DNA of 63,969 bases, filler included, from Stramenopiles sp. TOSAG23-3 (lineage: Eukaryota): NCBI GenBank assembly GCA_900128585.1. It is 5 parts of 5 records of this genome, joined end to end, with 100 filler letters (N's around TTAATTAATTAA, not from the genome) between each part and the next. Parts side by side here need not be neighbours in the genome. Positions count along the whole stretch, not along the records: positions 52,485 to 63,969 come from LT642736.1; 4 more parts are not named here. One strand, written 5' to 3'. Position 1 is the stretch's first letter. Every line of letters begins with the position of its first letter. Both the position numbers and the translations under genes were made by a program. This document shows, piece after piece, positions 62,801 through 63,969 of this stretch. Under the pieces are notes generated by a model that worked only from the letters and a program-made list of their open reading frames with translations, ran no database searches and had not been told where the DNA came from.

Positions 62801-63675
62801 GACATGATCCCATAAGCAATTGAAGCTAGAGAAAGCGGTTCAATTTGCAGCGATAAAGACGAGGGTGGGTCTGAGAGAACTGATGGCGCAACGCCACTGG
62901 TGTGATCGATTTTGCTGGTAACACAGTTTTTCAGTAGCGCCTTGGCATCTGCAACAGGTGTTTTTCCTGCAGCTAATTTAAAAACCCCGGCGAGCAACAA
63001 TGGCACATGATCTTGCAGCAGAGCAACAAAAGATCCCTGGTTTGCCAAGAACCAAACAGTGTCCACAATACGCCAAAGGCATAGGTGTTGTTTCCCCCTT
63101 TCCACTGCTGGTTTGTCCAGGGACTTTGAAGATTTAATTCTATGAAACAAAAGTGATTTTCCGTTTTCGACGAACGCGTCACTAAGCTTGAAAAATGGCT
63201 TGTTTTGGGATATAAACTTCTCCACTTTTGTACTCTGTTGCTGGCCACCCTTCGATTTGTACGCCGCTATGTTTATACCAGACAAAACGTGAGGGGCTAT
63301 TCCCCAGTGGGTTATTAACACCAACGCACTATTAACTAAACAAAGTTGTCTCAAACTGACCAAACCCGGCGGGGCGCTCTTATTACTCTTGTTGTGATTG
63401 TTCCTATCGATCTGTTTACCCAGCGAGCGACTCACTACAGCTAGTTCTCGCAACAATATCACTAATTCGCCCAGGGAAGCATCCACAAAAGCGTAGAAAG
63501 TTTCGATGTCCTCATATTCACAAACATTTATTACCCCCCCGTTTTGACTGTAATCTTTCGCAATAGCCCGTACACGGGTGAGGCAGTCTTCGATGTTTTC
63601 GAAAGAGGCATTCTGCCTTTCCTCCAACGACTGTTGCGAAGACATTGTCAAGTCTAATACATTTTGTACTTCCAT
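59875..63675 (-). CDS. TANGO6: TANGO6 / RTP1-like ARM/HEAT-repeat protein
   Basis: LQHEDVAMRAYAL, EDESYVYLAAVQALS, RCKVGEVL, RASCLSNLA, VRRGAVYLL, EDTDPVTKYH. Confidence 0.8.
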   Translation of the reverse strand: MEVQNVLDLTMSSQQSLEERQNASFENIEDCLTRVRAIAKDYSQNGGVINVCEYEDIETFYAFVDASLGELVILLRELAVVSRSLGKQIDRNNHNKSNKSAPPGLVSLRQLCLVNSALVLITHWGIAPHVLSGINIAAYKSKGGQQQSTKVEKFISQNKPFFKLSDAFVENGKSLLFHRIKSSKSLDKPAVERGKQHLCLWRIVDTVWFLANQGSFVALLQDHVPLLLAGVFKLAAGKTPVADAKALLKNCVTSKIDHTSGVAPSVLSDPPSSLSLQIEPLSLASIAYGIMSLLSIQTNRSFGQHICEKMLNKILVGKHMQGVEIIAKQFLGTLNVPYSNQYEENSAENGANVANGEINTYAEGEIASLEDLSPLLHVVRVFTTYPTASLKTRFPAFKFYSSIFKQLKSMHEKLVRGKYRTSTGVVLCGEVCKAVCEQDAKGPRDTNKHTSCSSHFLFILFPCLYYAGMKKNGIEGVSDMGDATVFNEAEIELELLRMNVFLQTLPPSKAAILKIRELFLLGIFRLYTFSKSTKSGTTSILRTALEQLLSHSEHNKAAFDLVDLIQIHGTFQHSAESAQDDHSALQMQLCRGETGCISMKTTKSGNGSVQGTMASPVNYSTEFCDTIFELVQSKKVQETKLPNYFFCLLLRISGGFDSVDTKIKRDTVLWNDANAIVMNEIEKELYDLNDISIKPKPQSNQCTAFDQMSEILCGTHAKDIIVFNLLIKICESMGSGSFLRDKGRVADSIVTILERFVKTLLPSSEIFDKDHELGSLNLETSFARTQIGLARDPFSAEQGLNSGANHTGTFEIQSGLHESISMESTANICFSILELLLQDAADYGWNSKVENKSIAKFPPELRKTLNDLEAILETLSLYPSIEISDKAIALRVLLLLSRIERHQRKISESGLGSLDAALEDTLEASNDEQTIKIYQGAFSQLQHEDVAMRAYALQRINRFMANSLPKNPLKAVIVPVLVRHLLELLREDESYVYLAAVQALSTAASISPPIVFPILLRTFELNKKTDISSSGPCLNLNDRCKVGEVLAAAARRCGDTLPHYAPSLIDAFSYPSSARAHMQDYMFDCIDPAVNAKAKSSDIPFSAQWSAFRASCLSNLADIMLVLGKHATKYCSKVSQLALGIIVHESETVGDSNESVLLVRRGAVYLLRSIAVVCKNTPQPILPKEQFLSMTSLLEQLAFEDTDPVTKYHCGIAIDDLSDVVFAKDNIVQSSPFLIQASPSRSKPLIEVTHESGSLNAVRGIFQETL

Positions 63676-63969
63676 GACAAAGCAACAAAACCACTATATT
63701 CGGTAAGGTCCTTGTGTCTTTTTGTAGTTTCTCTTTCACGAATCATTACTTAATGTAAAATAAAATGATCAACTCTTGCTTCGTAATTGTTTTTAGTCTT
63801 CTTCTACCTTTCGTAATAGTCAAAATAATAATTCCGTGGTTGTTGTTGCTTCTCTCTGCTGCTGCTCTTCTTCTTCTTCTTTAAAAAAAGGTAATAATAA
63901 AAAAATATTATACCTGATGCTCTGTAAATGCTGTGGTCTTCTTCATTTTTTTCGTCGAGGAAAATAAAA

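Noticed and set aside
52486-63675. Functional cluster of chromosome genes (CAP-G, POLD1, NAP-like, TANGO6)
   Set aside because: Four genes on one contig is compatible with chance in a compact genome; no synteny evidence available.
1-63969. Non-standard genetic code, tRNA/rRNA genes, transposase or viral genes
   Set aside because: Conserved proteins translate fully with the standard code, and I recognised no such elements by eye.

Overview
Eukaryotic nuclear DNA using the standard genetic code, most likely from a flagellated, probably heterotrophic stramenopile. This rests on a SIG/mastigoneme-type EGF protein, a DM10 axonemal protein and a secreted PHB depolymerase. The window is not one locus: five contigs or scaffolds of about 13 kb are joined in descending length order by artificial 100-nt spacers (44N-TTAATTAATTAA-44N at 13035-13134, 26166-26265, 39294-39393, 52385-52484), so adjacency across spacers is meaningless. 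There are about 29 compact, almost intron-less genes separated by very AT-rich, microsatellite-laden spacers. Confident calls include UBC2/RAD6, a P4-ATPase, kinesin-14, PKA-R, carnitine acetyltransferase, RPL3, CAP-G, POLD1, TANGO6/RTP1 and RAB5IF. The most interesting observations are: (1) a 583-aa protein that appears to combine an A20-like zinc finger, a herpes-tegument-like (VTD/C76) deubiquitinase, two LIR/AIM motifs, a STYX-like pseudophosphatase and a UBA-like tail; (2) a recurrent, strand-oriented multi-box element downstream of stop codons on all five contigs; (3) a NAP/SET histone-chaperone-like protein with a transmembrane helix; (4) secreted proproteins with repeated SF[LI][EQ]-type motifs; (5) two homopolymer-associated frame switches. 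All domain calls are by-eye motif recognition; no database searches were run.
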